IMG/VR virus record: IMGVR_UViG_3300032516_000034
Coordinates: 1 to 55,243 of that record
DNA: 55,243 nucleotides
Origin: a virus
Taxonomy: Duplodnaviria; Caudoviricetes
Strand: one strand, 5' to 3'
Position numbers and translations under genes: made by a program. A model generated the notes under the pieces. That model was not told the origin of the DNA and made no database searches. It saw only the letters and a list, made by a program, of their open reading frames with translations. Positions 46,054-54,792 of the stretch are shown here, piece by piece. Numbering within the stretch: position 1 is the first letter of the stretch; each line of letters opens with the position of its first letter.

Positions 46054-46704
46054 TCAGCCCATCTTGAAGCGCGCTGATGAGTATTCATTCTTTTTCCCAG
46101 TGTTGTCTTCGATCAACCACATCCCGTCACATCGGCTCAAGAAGTAGTGCTTACCCCGTGTAAGCCTCGGCTCACCAGTGTCGTCAATACAAGTAACGAA
46201 CGGCATCGTTAGAATTCCACCATCGGCAACCGCGAATTTGAACTCGGTTAGAGAACGCTGGACGCCATCAGGATCGACCGCGATCCACAGGGCCTCATCT
46301 ACCCGCAACACTTCCTTCCAGTCGCCTGTAACACCCTCCATGACGCATAGGCCGGGAAATACATTTGTCCTGTCTAGCAGCACGAAATAACTGGCATCAC
46401 GGAATGTCCATCCCGCAGGTAAAAGAAACACCCTCTTCGTGAAAGAGTCTATCGTGGTATCTTCGATCAGTGTTACATCGCCGATCCCAAATTCATTAAA
46501 TTGCTTCACAACGACAGCATACACTTGCGGCAGAAATTCCCATTTGTTTTCGTCTCTGTTGACTTGATGTTTGCATCCCGTATCATCGGTAACAGCGAAA
46601 GTGCTGGTATCCAGAATGTCGGCAGAATCCATCGCTGGCGAGCCAAGATAAATCTTGCCTTGCGTCAGCTTCGGATCGTTGCCTTTGTATACCGCGAAAA
46701 TCAT
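46054..46704 (-). CDS. Hypothetical protein with repeated small SH3-like units
   Basis: LTQGKIY...VTDDTG and LTRGKHY...IEDNTG...RF. Confidence 0.65.
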   Translation of the reverse strand: MIFAVYKGNDPKLTQGKIYLGSPAMDSADILDTSTFAVTDDTGCKHQVNRDENKWEFLPQVYAVVVKQFNEFGIGDVTLIEDTTIDSFTKRVFLLPAGWTFRDASYFVLLDRTNVFPGLCVMEGVTGDWKEVLRVDEALWIAVDPDGVQRSLTEFKFAVADGGILTMPFVTCIDDTGEPRLTRGKHYFLSRCDGMWLIEDNTGKKNEYSSARFKMG

Positions 46705-46714
46705 TTCGTCACCT

Positions 46715-47284
46715 TTAATCAGAAGAGAAACGATTCTTCATATACTCCTGCTTCTGAGCGAAACGATCATACACATACAGCATGTCGGAATTCTTATGCG
46801 GCTCGCAAAGGTATTCAATACCCTCATCGAATTTGTCTTCGATGCCGGTGTTGTCCACGCAGACCGCAACATCGCCGAACGCCTTTTGCTTCTTCGCAGA
46901 CTTACTCATGTTGTCCAGCAACTTTTCCGTTTCTTCCTGCGGTGTCGGTTTCTTTTGCACCGGGGCTGGATCATTGGCTTCCAGCTCCATCGATTCACGA
47001 ACACACGGATCGTTCCGCGTGACACTGCCACGATAAGCTGCCGAATCAATATCCACATAGCCCTTGGCCATCTTCTCGGCAAACAGATTGTCCTGAGCAT
47101 TCTTTGCCATGAACGCATCGCGTGTCGTCAGTTTAACCATACTGGAAAGCGTGCGGCCATTTCGGCCCCACTTGCCCAGTACGGTATATGTGCCATCGGC
47201 ATTGGCGCGAATGCACGCCATGTATATCTTGTCGCTCGTGCCTTCTTCGTAATGCGCAACTAGATTCATCTTCATTTTCTTCAT
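46715..47284 (-). CDS. WGR-domain protein
   Basis: EGTSDKIY...KWGRNG...EKMAKGY. Confidence 0.8.
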   Translation of the reverse strand: MKKMKMNLVAHYEEGTSDKIYMACIRANADGTYTVLGKWGRNGRTLSSMVKLTTRDAFMAKNAQDNLFAEKMAKGYVDIDSAAYRGSVTRNDPCVRESMELEANDPAPVQKKPTPQEETEKLLDNMSKSAKKQKAFGDVAVCVDNTGIEDKFDEGIEYLCEPHKNSDMLYVYDRFAQKQEYMKNRFSSD

Positions 47285-47291
47285 CCCTTCA

Positions 47292-49487
47292 TTATACGCT
47301 TATCCTGCCCGCAGTTATCACACTGACAATCTTTTTCACAAACTCACCGCCCATTTCGGAAACATCGTTCAGATACAGGAAATACTTTTCCCCGTAAAAC
47401 TGAGCAGGTTCATTCGTTTCGAGTCCTATCCCGTAGACCTCGATTCCATTCTTGCGGCACCGCTCGCAAACCCGCTTCAGGTTGGCCCCCATAACATCGT
47501 CATTGTATTGCCCCGCACATGGCTCGCCGTCGCTCAAGCTGAATACAACCCTGCGGCTTTCATTGCGGCCTGCCAGACGCATCGCGGCATACTCCACGAC
47601 TTCACCGTCAACATTGTGCTTCTTTGCCCTCATCTGCATAAGCCGCGATTTCACAACATCCCAGTGTTCATCAAATGCCTTGTAATGATTATACACAATC
47701 GGGTTCGTGCGATTCATTCCGTCCATCGGCGGTATCCTGCTATCGTCCTGCCCGAACTGGGTAGTTGTTCCAGTAATTTCAAACGGAACGCCAACTTTGG
47801 ACAGCGATTCCCCTATCGCTATGGCCAGCAGCCGAACATCGTGAATCTCACCGTTCATGGAGCCCGACTCATCAATAACTATTTCAACAGCGGTGGAAAT
47901 CTCTTCGCCGTCTTTCTGCCGCGAGAAAACTTCCTTGGACAGAGACTTGGCGATTGCTACGAACCGTTTCTTATCAATCTTGCCGTGACGCTGATAGGGC
48001 TCCTTGCGGCATCGAGTGATCGCCCGCAGGGCCTGCTCGAAAGCGCGGGTAAGAGAAGCCACATTCACCGAAATCTGTGCCCGCTCTGCTTCAAAACCCG
48101 GCCTGTCATAATCCGATACGGGCGGCACATTGTGAATATCACCATCACGATTCGCCAAGTAAGACAAATCCTCGGGAGTCAGCTTTTCAAATTCCTTTTT
48201 CAACTCTTCATCCAGAGCATCCTTTTTGCTCAGGCCGTCAGTCTCATCTTCCAGTTTGGTATCCGCCTGTTTCTCGGCAAGCTCGTCGGCTTCCTTGTCT
48301 TCTTCTGCTGGCGATTCCTCATCCTCGTTTTTCTGTTCATCCTTGTCGGCCTTGTCTTCAGCTTTTTCACTTTCGCCCTTGCCGCCGCCCTTTTCTTCAC
48401 CTTTGGATTCTTGTTCATCGCCAGCATCACCAGAATCATCGTCATCGGCATCACCGTTTTCAGATTCTTCTTCGTCGTCGTCTTTATCGTCCGAACCGTC
48501 CGCGCTATTCTCGGATTCCTTCTTGTCGGAATCATCGGCGTCAGGCTCGTCGGCCTTGCTCTCTTTGCCCTCAGACTCTTCATTCTCAGACTCATCTTTG
48601 CTATCGGAATCTTTTTCATCATCCTTGTCGGCCTTGTCTTCAGAATCTTCTTCGTCGGAGCCGCTCTTGCTCTCGGTTTCCTTTTCCTCGGTTTCATCGT
48701 CAAGATCGCCGCTGCCACTGGACTGATTTTCATCGGAATCTTCTTCGCCAGATTCCTGCTCTTCATTCTCGCCAGAGCCGCCCGACTGATTCTCATCGCT
48801 CTCTTTTTCTTCGGGCTTCTGCTCCTTATCCTGCTTAGGCTGGGACTTCGGTTGCGGCTTGTTCTCTTCGTTGAACTTCTTGTTCTCTTCTTTCAGCAAC
48901 TCGTAAACCTTCTTGGCAATTTCCAAGCTGTCCTTCGCGCTTTTCGCAAAACGAATCTGAGAAAACTCATTGTATGCCGCCTTGAAGTAAACATCGGCCT
49001 TCGGAGTCAGCTTCCATAAAGGACGAGTGCCTTCAACCATCATAGCCATCGCACAAAGAGCTTCCCAGAGCGGCTGGCCTTGCCCTGCGATAATCTGCCC
49101 AGCGATGCGCTTGTTATAGTATTCAGTCGCCCAGCGGAACACGGGGCCGCAACCCTCGTGATCGGTGGCGACCCTTCGTTCCATTCTGCGATCTTCCAAA
49201 GCGTTAAATATTTCAAACTTGGCACCCTTTGGATATTCAGATTTGTCGAGACGAGTTTCGGCGATGTGTCCGCCTTCGTGGTAGATCGCATGACGCAGGA
49301 GATTGAGAGCTTCCTGAGTAATTCCAGACGCGCAGGCCATTCTCGGAATTCGGATCACACCCGCGAAAATATCGGCATCAACCGCAGTGGAATTATGATA
49401 GACAATCTTAATGTTGCGGTTCTTGGACAGCCACGCAGCAACAACCTTCATGGCTTCTTCGACTTGATTTTCTGTAGCGTAATACAT
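47292..49487 (-). CDS. CobT-like VWA protein with N-terminal HExxH domain and long acidic linker
   Basis: HEGGH, FNALEDRRME, a D/E/S/K tract of about 200 aa, DESGS and LSDGEP. Confidence 0.88.
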   Translation of the reverse strand: MYYATENQVEEAMKVVAAWLSKNRNIKIVYHNSTAVDADIFAGVIRIPRMACASGITQEALNLLRHAIYHEGGHIAETRLDKSEYPKGAKFEIFNALEDRRMERRVATDHEGCGPVFRWATEYYNKRIAGQIIAGQGQPLWEALCAMAMMVEGTRPLWKLTPKADVYFKAAYNEFSQIRFAKSAKDSLEIAKKVYELLKEENKKFNEENKPQPKSQPKQDKEQKPEEKESDENQSGGSGENEEQESGEEDSDENQSSGSGDLDDETEEKETESKSGSDEEDSEDKADKDDEKDSDSKDESENEESEGKESKADEPDADDSDKKESENSADGSDDKDDDEEESENGDADDDDSGDAGDEQESKGEEKGGGKGESEKAEDKADKDEQKNEDEESPAEEDKEADELAEKQADTKLEDETDGLSKKDALDEELKKEFEKLTPEDLSYLANRDGDIHNVPPVSDYDRPGFEAERAQISVNVASLTRAFEQALRAITRCRKEPYQRHGKIDKKRFVAIAKSLSKEVFSRQKDGEEISTAVEIVIDESGSMNGEIHDVRLLAIAIGESLSKVGVPFEITGTTTQFGQDDSRIPPMDGMNRTNPIVYNHYKAFDEHWDVVKSRLMQMRAKKHNVDGEVVEYAAMRLAGRNESRRVVFSLSDGEPCAGQYNDDVMGANLKRVCERCRKNGIEVYGIGLETNEPAQFYGEKYFLYLNDVSEMGGEFVKKIVSVITAGRISV

Positions 49488-49504
49488 CTTTGCCCTCCAC
49501 TGAT

Positions 49505-49531
49505 ACATTGCAATAGGAAGGCGAAAATCCA
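49505..49531 (-). promoter_or_regulatory. Motif E copy 5
   Basis: TGGATT-N13-TGCAATGT. Confidence 0.8.
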
Positions 49532-49534
49532 GAG

Positions 49535-51193
49535 TTATTGAATCTCTTTTTCAGTTTGCTTGAAAAAAGAAAGTTTTTTCAGCATCTCGGCGTCCACGGG
49601 CTTTTTCGATTTGCTTGCAACAACCAAGGCCAGCTTCAGCAAGTTCTTGATGTCCCTGCCAGACAGTTTCGGCAGAACAGTGAGTATTCGATCTATCTCG
49701 CCAGCGGGTATCTTAACCCCGTTCTGATCGGACAGGATACTCCACAGTGTTTTCTGCTCGCTGGGAGATGGCGACTGATACCGAAGCCTTGCTGTCAGCC
49801 GACTGACGATGGCGTCATCAACAACACAACCGCGATTGGTTGTGAAAAACAACACTCCCCTGTAATATTCCAGCACCCGAAGGAATACGCCCACGATGGC
49901 ATTCTGAATAATGTTGTCGCCGCGCTCGTGTACATAAACGTCAGACTCGTCTATTAACAGGATTGCGCCCCAGCGTTCGGCGCGTTCCAAAACTTTTTGA
50001 AGCTCTTTTTCTATCGCATCGACATCCAATCCGAGCTGGCTTGACTGCACGCGATAGAGCGGACGCTGCATGACTTCCGAATAAACCTCTGCGGTGAGCG
50101 TTTTACCCGTGCCGGGTGGGCCTTCCAATAATACAATCGTGCCGCCTTCCTTGCCGCTCACAATATCCCGAAACTTATCTCGGCTGTGCTCGATGATTGT
50201 CTCGATGAACTCCTTGACCTCCTGCGGCAGCACGAGTTTATTTCCCACGGTAGTATCATACTGATACCGCTCGACATTGTTGATATGCGCCCTGTAATGC
50301 GCATGCTCATCCAGATCGAAAAGATCGAGAATGGGATGAATCGGAAGTTCCCATAACTTCTCTTCGTTCTTGTCCCAAAATTCGCAGTATGCAATCGAAG
50401 AAATGTCTTTTTCGCTCTGCTGTGGATCGACAACCATTTTGGCATCACGGCCTGCTTGGCCAACAGTGCGAAAGCCACGACGGCTCCATCCCTCTACCAG
50501 TTCTGCTTTCCCGCGCACATTAAGCTGAAGTCCGTCTTCTTCACAGATTTTCTTGAACTTCTCCACTTCGCCCTGAAGAGACTTTATCCGCTCGGGTGTT
50601 TCCAGATACATACCTTTCTTGGCAAGCAACTCGGACATCTTCATATTCTTGTCGAAATCATTAGGACGGATACATGAATCAATGCACCCCTTTTCGCCAT
50701 TGGTGATATTCAAAGCCCTGAGACTCAAAGAAACATTCTGAAGGGAATACGCACCCGGCGGGTGATATTCGATACTGCTAACAAACCACGGAACCAGATT
50801 CCCATCTTCTGTCTGGCTGAAAATCCATTTGCGTTCCGACTTGCCAACATACGCCTTCAGCGCGGCAACCAGATTCTCAAAACGATTTACTGTCGCACCA
50901 TCGGGATTTCGCCGTATCTCTACCCATTGAGCCAGCACCTTGGATGACATGGCTGCGCTACGGTCGCCAGCGGCAGCCTTCTTCGCGAGAAGCTCCTGAA
51001 GCTTGCTCACAGTATCGCCGTCCCATTCCGACACATCCACCTTGGCTTTACCGCGTCCAATGGAATGCTGGTATCGCCAGCCGAACATTTCGCCGTCTTC
51101 CATTTCCTTCTTGCCCACAAGTTTCTTCAGCAGCTCCATGTCGGCTTCGTCGATGATTACCTTATATCCTGATTCTCCTTCTCCCCTTCTCAT
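49535..51193 (-). CDS. AAA+ ATPase (classic clade)
   Basis: GPPGTGKT, LLIDE, FLRVLEYY, TTNR and LSGRDIKN. Confidence 0.9.
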   Translation of the reverse strand: MRRGEGESGYKVIIDEADMELLKKLVGKKEMEDGEMFGWRYQHSIGRGKAKVDVSEWDGDTVSKLQELLAKKAAAGDRSAAMSSKVLAQWVEIRRNPDGATVNRFENLVAALKAYVGKSERKWIFSQTEDGNLVPWFVSSIEYHPPGAYSLQNVSLSLRALNITNGEKGCIDSCIRPNDFDKNMKMSELLAKKGMYLETPERIKSLQGEVEKFKKICEEDGLQLNVRGKAELVEGWSRRGFRTVGQAGRDAKMVVDPQQSEKDISSIAYCEFWDKNEEKLWELPIHPILDLFDLDEHAHYRAHINNVERYQYDTTVGNKLVLPQEVKEFIETIIEHSRDKFRDIVSGKEGGTIVLLEGPPGTGKTLTAEVYSEVMQRPLYRVQSSQLGLDVDAIEKELQKVLERAERWGAILLIDESDVYVHERGDNIIQNAIVGVFLRVLEYYRGVLFFTTNRGCVVDDAIVSRLTARLRYQSPSPSEQKTLWSILSDQNGVKIPAGEIDRILTVLPKLSGRDIKNLLKLALVVASKSKKPVDAEMLKKLSFFKQTEKEIQ

Positions 51194-51357
51194 AGTTTCA
51201 CCAATACGCTTCCTTTGACAAAAATCCAGCCGAGACGCTTATACATTTTCTGAATCTCGCTATCCCTGCGCTTGTATGCTACGACATCAACAGGATTATT
51301 CCTTTTATCAACTACCACCCAACAGGATAGTGAATACATCTGATGCTTCCTTGCCAT
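51190..51357 (-). CDS. 55-aa hypothetical protein
   Basis: MARKHQMYSLSCWVVVDKR...; AAGGAG RBS and ATGA overlap with the AAA gene. Below the ORF-track cutoff. Confidence 0.6.
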   Translation of the reverse strand: MARKHQMYSLSCWVVVDKRNNPVDVVAYKRRDSEIQKMYKRLGWIFVKGSVLVKL

Positions 51358-51377
51358 TACAATTCTCCTTTGAGACT

Positions 51378-51404
51378 ACATTGCAACAGGAAGACGAAAA
51401 TCCA
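51378..51404 (-). promoter_or_regulatory. Motif E copy 6
   Basis: TGGATT-N13-TGCAATGT. Confidence 0.8.
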
Positions 51405-51421
51405 GAGATAATGTAGGTTTT

Positions 51422-51808
51422 TCACAACGGAGCTTCTTCAGTGATGATAACCGCGCCATCAGCGAGTATCCGTGCGGCCTGTGCAACGCCGTTCGCCGTA
51501 ACAGGAACAATCGGGGGAAAACCGCTATTTGTCATAGACGCGCTGATAACATTACAAACCCACTCCACCTCCGCCTCGAAGCAACGGCTTCGCCAGTATT
51601 CATTCAGCCGCTCGTCACGAGCCTCGGCAGTGCGCCTCTGTGCCTTCGTAAGCAACTCAAAAAGCGCGGCAGGGTCTTTGCCTCGGCAAGCTTCAAAGCC
51701 TTCTACGGAGCCGTCCAGACGCTCTTTTTCCTCTGGCTTGTTGTAGTCCGCTTTGGCGGCTGCAATACCGTCATCAATCACTCGTTTTAGAAATCCGTAG
51801 TAGTCCAT
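51422..51808 (-). CDS. Hypothetical protein
   Basis: 128 aa, packed in the operon. Confidence 0.7.
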   Translation of the reverse strand: MDYYGFLKRVIDDGIAAAKADYNKPEEKERLDGSVEGFEACRGKDPAALFELLTKAQRRTAEARDERLNEYWRSRCFEAEVEWVCNVISASMTNSGFPPIVPVTANGVAQAARILADGAVIITEEAPL

Positions 51809-51811
51809 GCC

Positions 51812-52330
51812 TCACGCCCTCCGCGTTGCAGCGAAACACCAACAGTAGTCGCCAACATTGTCCCACTCCCGAACAACACTCATTGCCGCCATCCTGCTCC
51901 ACACGCGCTCCTTGAATGTTGCCAGTGAGTAGTCGGCCTCCTTATGGGCCTGATTGATCGTTCCCATCTGTCCATGCGCCCTATTATACACCAGATACTT
52001 CTGCTGATCGGGAGCACACAGAAGCAAAATGCCGCCTATCCTGAGCACCCGCGTCCATTCGTAAAGCAATACCACCTGATCGTTATACGAGAAGTCTTCG
52101 ATTAAATGAGAAGAGTAGGCGTAATCCAGAGTCTCATTCTTGAACGGTAAACTGCGGGCGTCACCATGCAGGTGTTGCGGATGATTTCCGACTGGGCCAT
52201 ACGAATGAGGCAAATCGAAACAAATAGCATTGGGAACAATCGGATCGCCGCCGTAGCCTATGTCGATTCCATCACCGAGGCAATACGGCGCGAGAATACT
52301 CCGAACCTTGGCTGTTTCACTACCACTCAT
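51812..52330 (-). CDS. Class I SAM-dependent methyltransferase
   Basis: GIDIGYGG, GDARSLPF, LDYAYSSHLIED and WTRVLRIGG. Confidence 0.85.
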   Translation of the reverse strand: MSGSETAKVRSILAPYCLGDGIDIGYGGDPIVPNAICFDLPHSYGPVGNHPQHLHGDARSLPFKNETLDYAYSSHLIEDFSYNDQVVLLYEWTRVLRIGGILLLCAPDQQKYLVYNRAHGQMGTINQAHKEADYSLATFKERVWSRMAAMSVVREWDNVGDYCWCFAATRRA

Positions 52331-52533
52331 TTTGTCTCCTTGTTGTGACTCTTGAATTTTTCGCAATTGCAATGTTCGTGACGGCAGGCCGTGTTGTCAC
52401 ACCGCGCCCAAGGCAAATCCTGATTATGACTTCTGCGAATATGCCCGCACTGGCATCTGTCTCGACCAGGATCGTGTAAGAATCCACCAAGCCGAACAGA
52501 AAGCTTTGAAGCGTTGCCCTTCGTTATGCTCAT
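52327..52533 (-). CDS. Small Cys/His-rich protein
   Basis: CQCGH...H...C...CNCEKF with ATGA overlaps. Confidence 0.6.
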   Translation of the reverse strand: MSITKGNASKLSVRLGGFLHDPGRDRCQCGHIRRSHNQDLPWARCDNTACRHEHCNCEKFKSHNKETK

Positions 52534-52772
52534 TTGGCTCCAATCAGCTTGCGAATTATGTCCATATCCTGCGGCCTCGACTCCATAATGTTCAGTGTCA
52601 TAGAACCGCCACCGCCAGTAGCATACCCCGAAATCACAATGAACGCCCCGGCAGACACAACCTTCATGCCCATCTTGGCAGCAACATCCTTATGAGATAG
52701 CCTGCCGTCAAACACGACAGGGATTTCTTCCCCTGCATTATTAAGCAGGATCAGGTATTTTGTCGGCTTCAT
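52530..52772 (-). CDS. Hypothetical protein
   Basis: PVVF...HKDVA...VVSAG...SMTL...SRPQD. Confidence 0.65.
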   Translation of the reverse strand: MKPTKYLILLNNAGEEIPVVFDGRLSHKDVAAKMGMKVVSAGAFIVISGYATGGGGSMTLNIMESRPQDMDIIRKLIGAK

Positions 52773-53032
52773 GGCTTCTTATCTTCCTCTATTTTTACCC
52801 AGCCTTCGCCAAGCCTGAATGCTCCAGTGCTTTCATCCTTCACTGGCAAATCTTTAACTTTCATTTCAACCTTGTCGCCCACTATGTTCAGGTATCTTGC
52901 CCGTTGCAGTTTGCCTTCAGTGCCGATATAGTTGTCAAAACGAGCGAGCCCGTCCACTGGATCGGCGAACAGTTGCACGGCAATCACACCGTCGGCTTCT
53001 TCCATCAGGAGCACACCGAGATTGTCTCTCAT
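52769..53032 (-). CDS. Hypothetical protein
   Basis: Probable start MRDNLG (TAATG overlap). Confidence 0.6.
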   Translation of the reverse strand: MRDNLGVLLMEEADGVIAVQLFADPVDGLARFDNYIGTEGKLQRARYLNIVGDKVEMKVKDLPVKDESTGAFRLGEGWVKIEEDKKP

Positions 53033-53976
53033 TAAAAATTCCTTCCTATGCCGAGTGTGATACTTCCATAGCTCTCTATCACTTCTTGTTCCCTGAACTC
53101 CCGTGATCGCCATATAACCTGATACGATAAGTCGAAATCCGTCCCTGAACCCAAGATGTTGCCCACTGAAAAGGCAAATCCTGCCTTTGCGTCCAACACC
53201 GCAGGCATCAAATCCTGCGACGGGCCATTCTGAAACAGACTGCCGCCGAGCATGATATTTTGCAGAACCGCCTTGCCTGTGGCTCCCGTGAACAGATACG
53301 CCGACAATTCATTTGCATTCCTGTCAATCGTCGGCGTGATAGGTTGTGCCCGATAGTCGTCAGGCACGCGCCAGCCTGCCCTGCCGATAATGCCGCCCTC
53401 GGCAAATACAAATGCGTTGCCAACCGAGTATCCGTACACTTTTGAAACATCTGAACACCAGCCACTGCGCAAGCCAACCTCATACATATTGGCAATGTGC
53501 TCCTCGGTGTAATTCAGCACTATTTCGTTTGGAATCTGATTCGTCCAGCCCATCGGTTTGCGGCCACCGATAACTCGATGAAACCATGTTTGTATGTTGT
53601 CGGATTGCGACCATTCTCCTACCACACCAGCAAGTAATTCTCGCGTGATAAACTCGCCCTTCGTCCACTCCCACTGCGCATAGGAAACAGCGGTAAGGCC
53701 AGCCCACGGCCTGTCATCGGGTTGTGGTGCCGCGTTCGTGATGTCTCGCGGCGTGTAGAATACATTGCGAACGCCGTATGCGCTTCTCGTGCTGGTTCCG
53801 TTCATTGCCACGGGATCGGAAAGGTAACGCAGTTCCATGCCCTGTGTGTAGAAGTAATCAGACTCAGGCAACCCGAAGAAATCGTTCTCTTCCCTGAGTT
53901 GGAAATCACTTGCCAGAAGCGGTATAAGAGCCAGAAGTAGAAGCATGATCGCCAGTCCTATTCTGCTAGATCGCAT
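53032..53976 (-). CDS. lpxR: LpxR-family lipid A 3'-O-deacylase (outer-membrane beta-barrel)
   Basis: Signal peptide, END...SD.FYTQG, FYTPRDI...PDDRPWAG, QTWFH...GWTNQI, and a terminal Phe beta-signal. Confidence 0.85.
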   Translation of the reverse strand: MRSSRIGLAIMLLLLALIPLLASDFQLREENDFFGLPESDYFYTQGMELRYLSDPVAMNGTSTRSAYGVRNVFYTPRDITNAAPQPDDRPWAGLTAVSYAQWEWTKGEFITRELLAGVVGEWSQSDNIQTWFHRVIGGRKPMGWTNQIPNEIVLNYTEEHIANMYEVGLRSGWCSDVSKVYGYSVGNAFVFAEGGIIGRAGWRVPDDYRAQPITPTIDRNANELSAYLFTGATGKAVLQNIMLGGSLFQNGPSQDLMPAVLDAKAGFAFSVGNILGSGTDFDLSYQVIWRSREFREQEVIESYGSITLGIGRNF

Positions 53977-54181
53977 CCCTGCCGCCCTCCACCTGAGCGA
54001 TATGAATATCGACTCCTTTCTTTTTTGCCCAGTCTATTATCGCGTCAAACGACAATCCCGACTCAACCCAAAAGACGGTGGCATTCTTTGCCTTCGCAAA
54101 GTCGATGCCTTCCGATAACAATGCCTTTACCTTCTGGGCGTTCCGCCCGTCACCGCAATAGAATGTGTATATATTCTTCAC
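53966..54181 (-). CDS. Hypothetical protein
   Basis: Probable GTG start overlapping the upstream stop. Confidence 0.55.
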   Translation of the reverse strand: MKNIYTFYCGDGRNAQKVKALLSEGIDFAKAKNATVFWVESGLSFDAIIDWAKKKGVDIHIAQVEGGRDAI

Positions 54182-54735
54182 CGTTCCACCGTCACCCTTC
54201 CTTCTTTGAGCCGCCGCTCGTAATAATTGAACTTTTTCTGCCAGACCTTCTGCTTTGTCTTCGCCAGCTTGGCCTTCCTTTCCCACTCCTGTATTCTACG
54301 AACACAGTGCTTCATTTCGGCAAGAATCTTTTCATCCTTGGCTGGCTCGGGCTTGACTTCGGAAGCTTCAAACCCAAGCGGCATGGCGTCAGCCCATGCC
54401 CATTCCTGCTGCCAGCCTGAGCCCCAGCCATAATGTTTGTCGCTGGCCGATGTGTTGGCATTCTGATTCGCGGCAAACGCCCAAGCAATATTCTTGGCCA
54501 GCACTTTCTTGTCAGGCAGTATGCCCTCGACAACCCTGAGAACCGTAGCCCACTTGTTGTAATACGCGAATACACGGGACATGGTATCTTCGCGATAGTT
54601 GCTGTGCCTGCCATACTTCACCGTGATACAGACGCGCTGCCTGTCTGCGGCGGAAAGCTGCTCAATCTCGGCGACCCTGAGTATGATGGCCCGTAAATGC
54701 TGGCTGTTCAAATTTGTTCTGTTTGCCAATTTCAT
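54178..54735 (-). CDS. Hypothetical protein
   Basis: Start MKLANR with GGAGG, downstream of motif E. Confidence 0.7.
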   Translation of the reverse strand: MKLANRTNLNSQHLRAIILRVAEIEQLSAADRQRVCITVKYGRHSNYREDTMSRVFAYYNKWATVLRVVEGILPDKKVLAKNIAWAFAANQNANTSASDKHYGWGSGWQQEWAWADAMPLGFEASEVKPEPAKDEKILAEMKHCVRRIQEWERKAKLAKTKQKVWQKKFNYYERRLKEGRVTVER

Positions 54736-54753
54736 AGTGGTTCCTCCACTACT

Positions 54754-54780
54754 ACATTGCACGAGAAGCCGAGAAATCCA
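54754..54780 (-). promoter_or_regulatory. Motif E copy 7
   Basis: TGGATT-N13-TGCAATGT. Confidence 0.8.
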
Positions 54781-54792
54781 GAGTTATTCTGG

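Noticed and set aside
48357-48369. TGAA followed by an 8-nt match to the mini-element guide (also a 7-nt match near 54820)
   Set aside because: The matches are short and explained by common Glu/Lys/Ala/Leu codons. They are expected by chance and are not credible targets without data.
47508-49019. Long plus-strand ORFs (503 aa here; also 4491-5330, 9198-10208 and others)
   Set aside because: These are antisense shadows of biased minus-strand genes and have no recognisable motifs.
44791-49487. Cobalamin biosynthesis auxiliary genes (cobS/cobT)
   Set aside because: No cobN or other cob genes are present; phage CobS/CobT-like pairs are generic MoxR/VWA modules.
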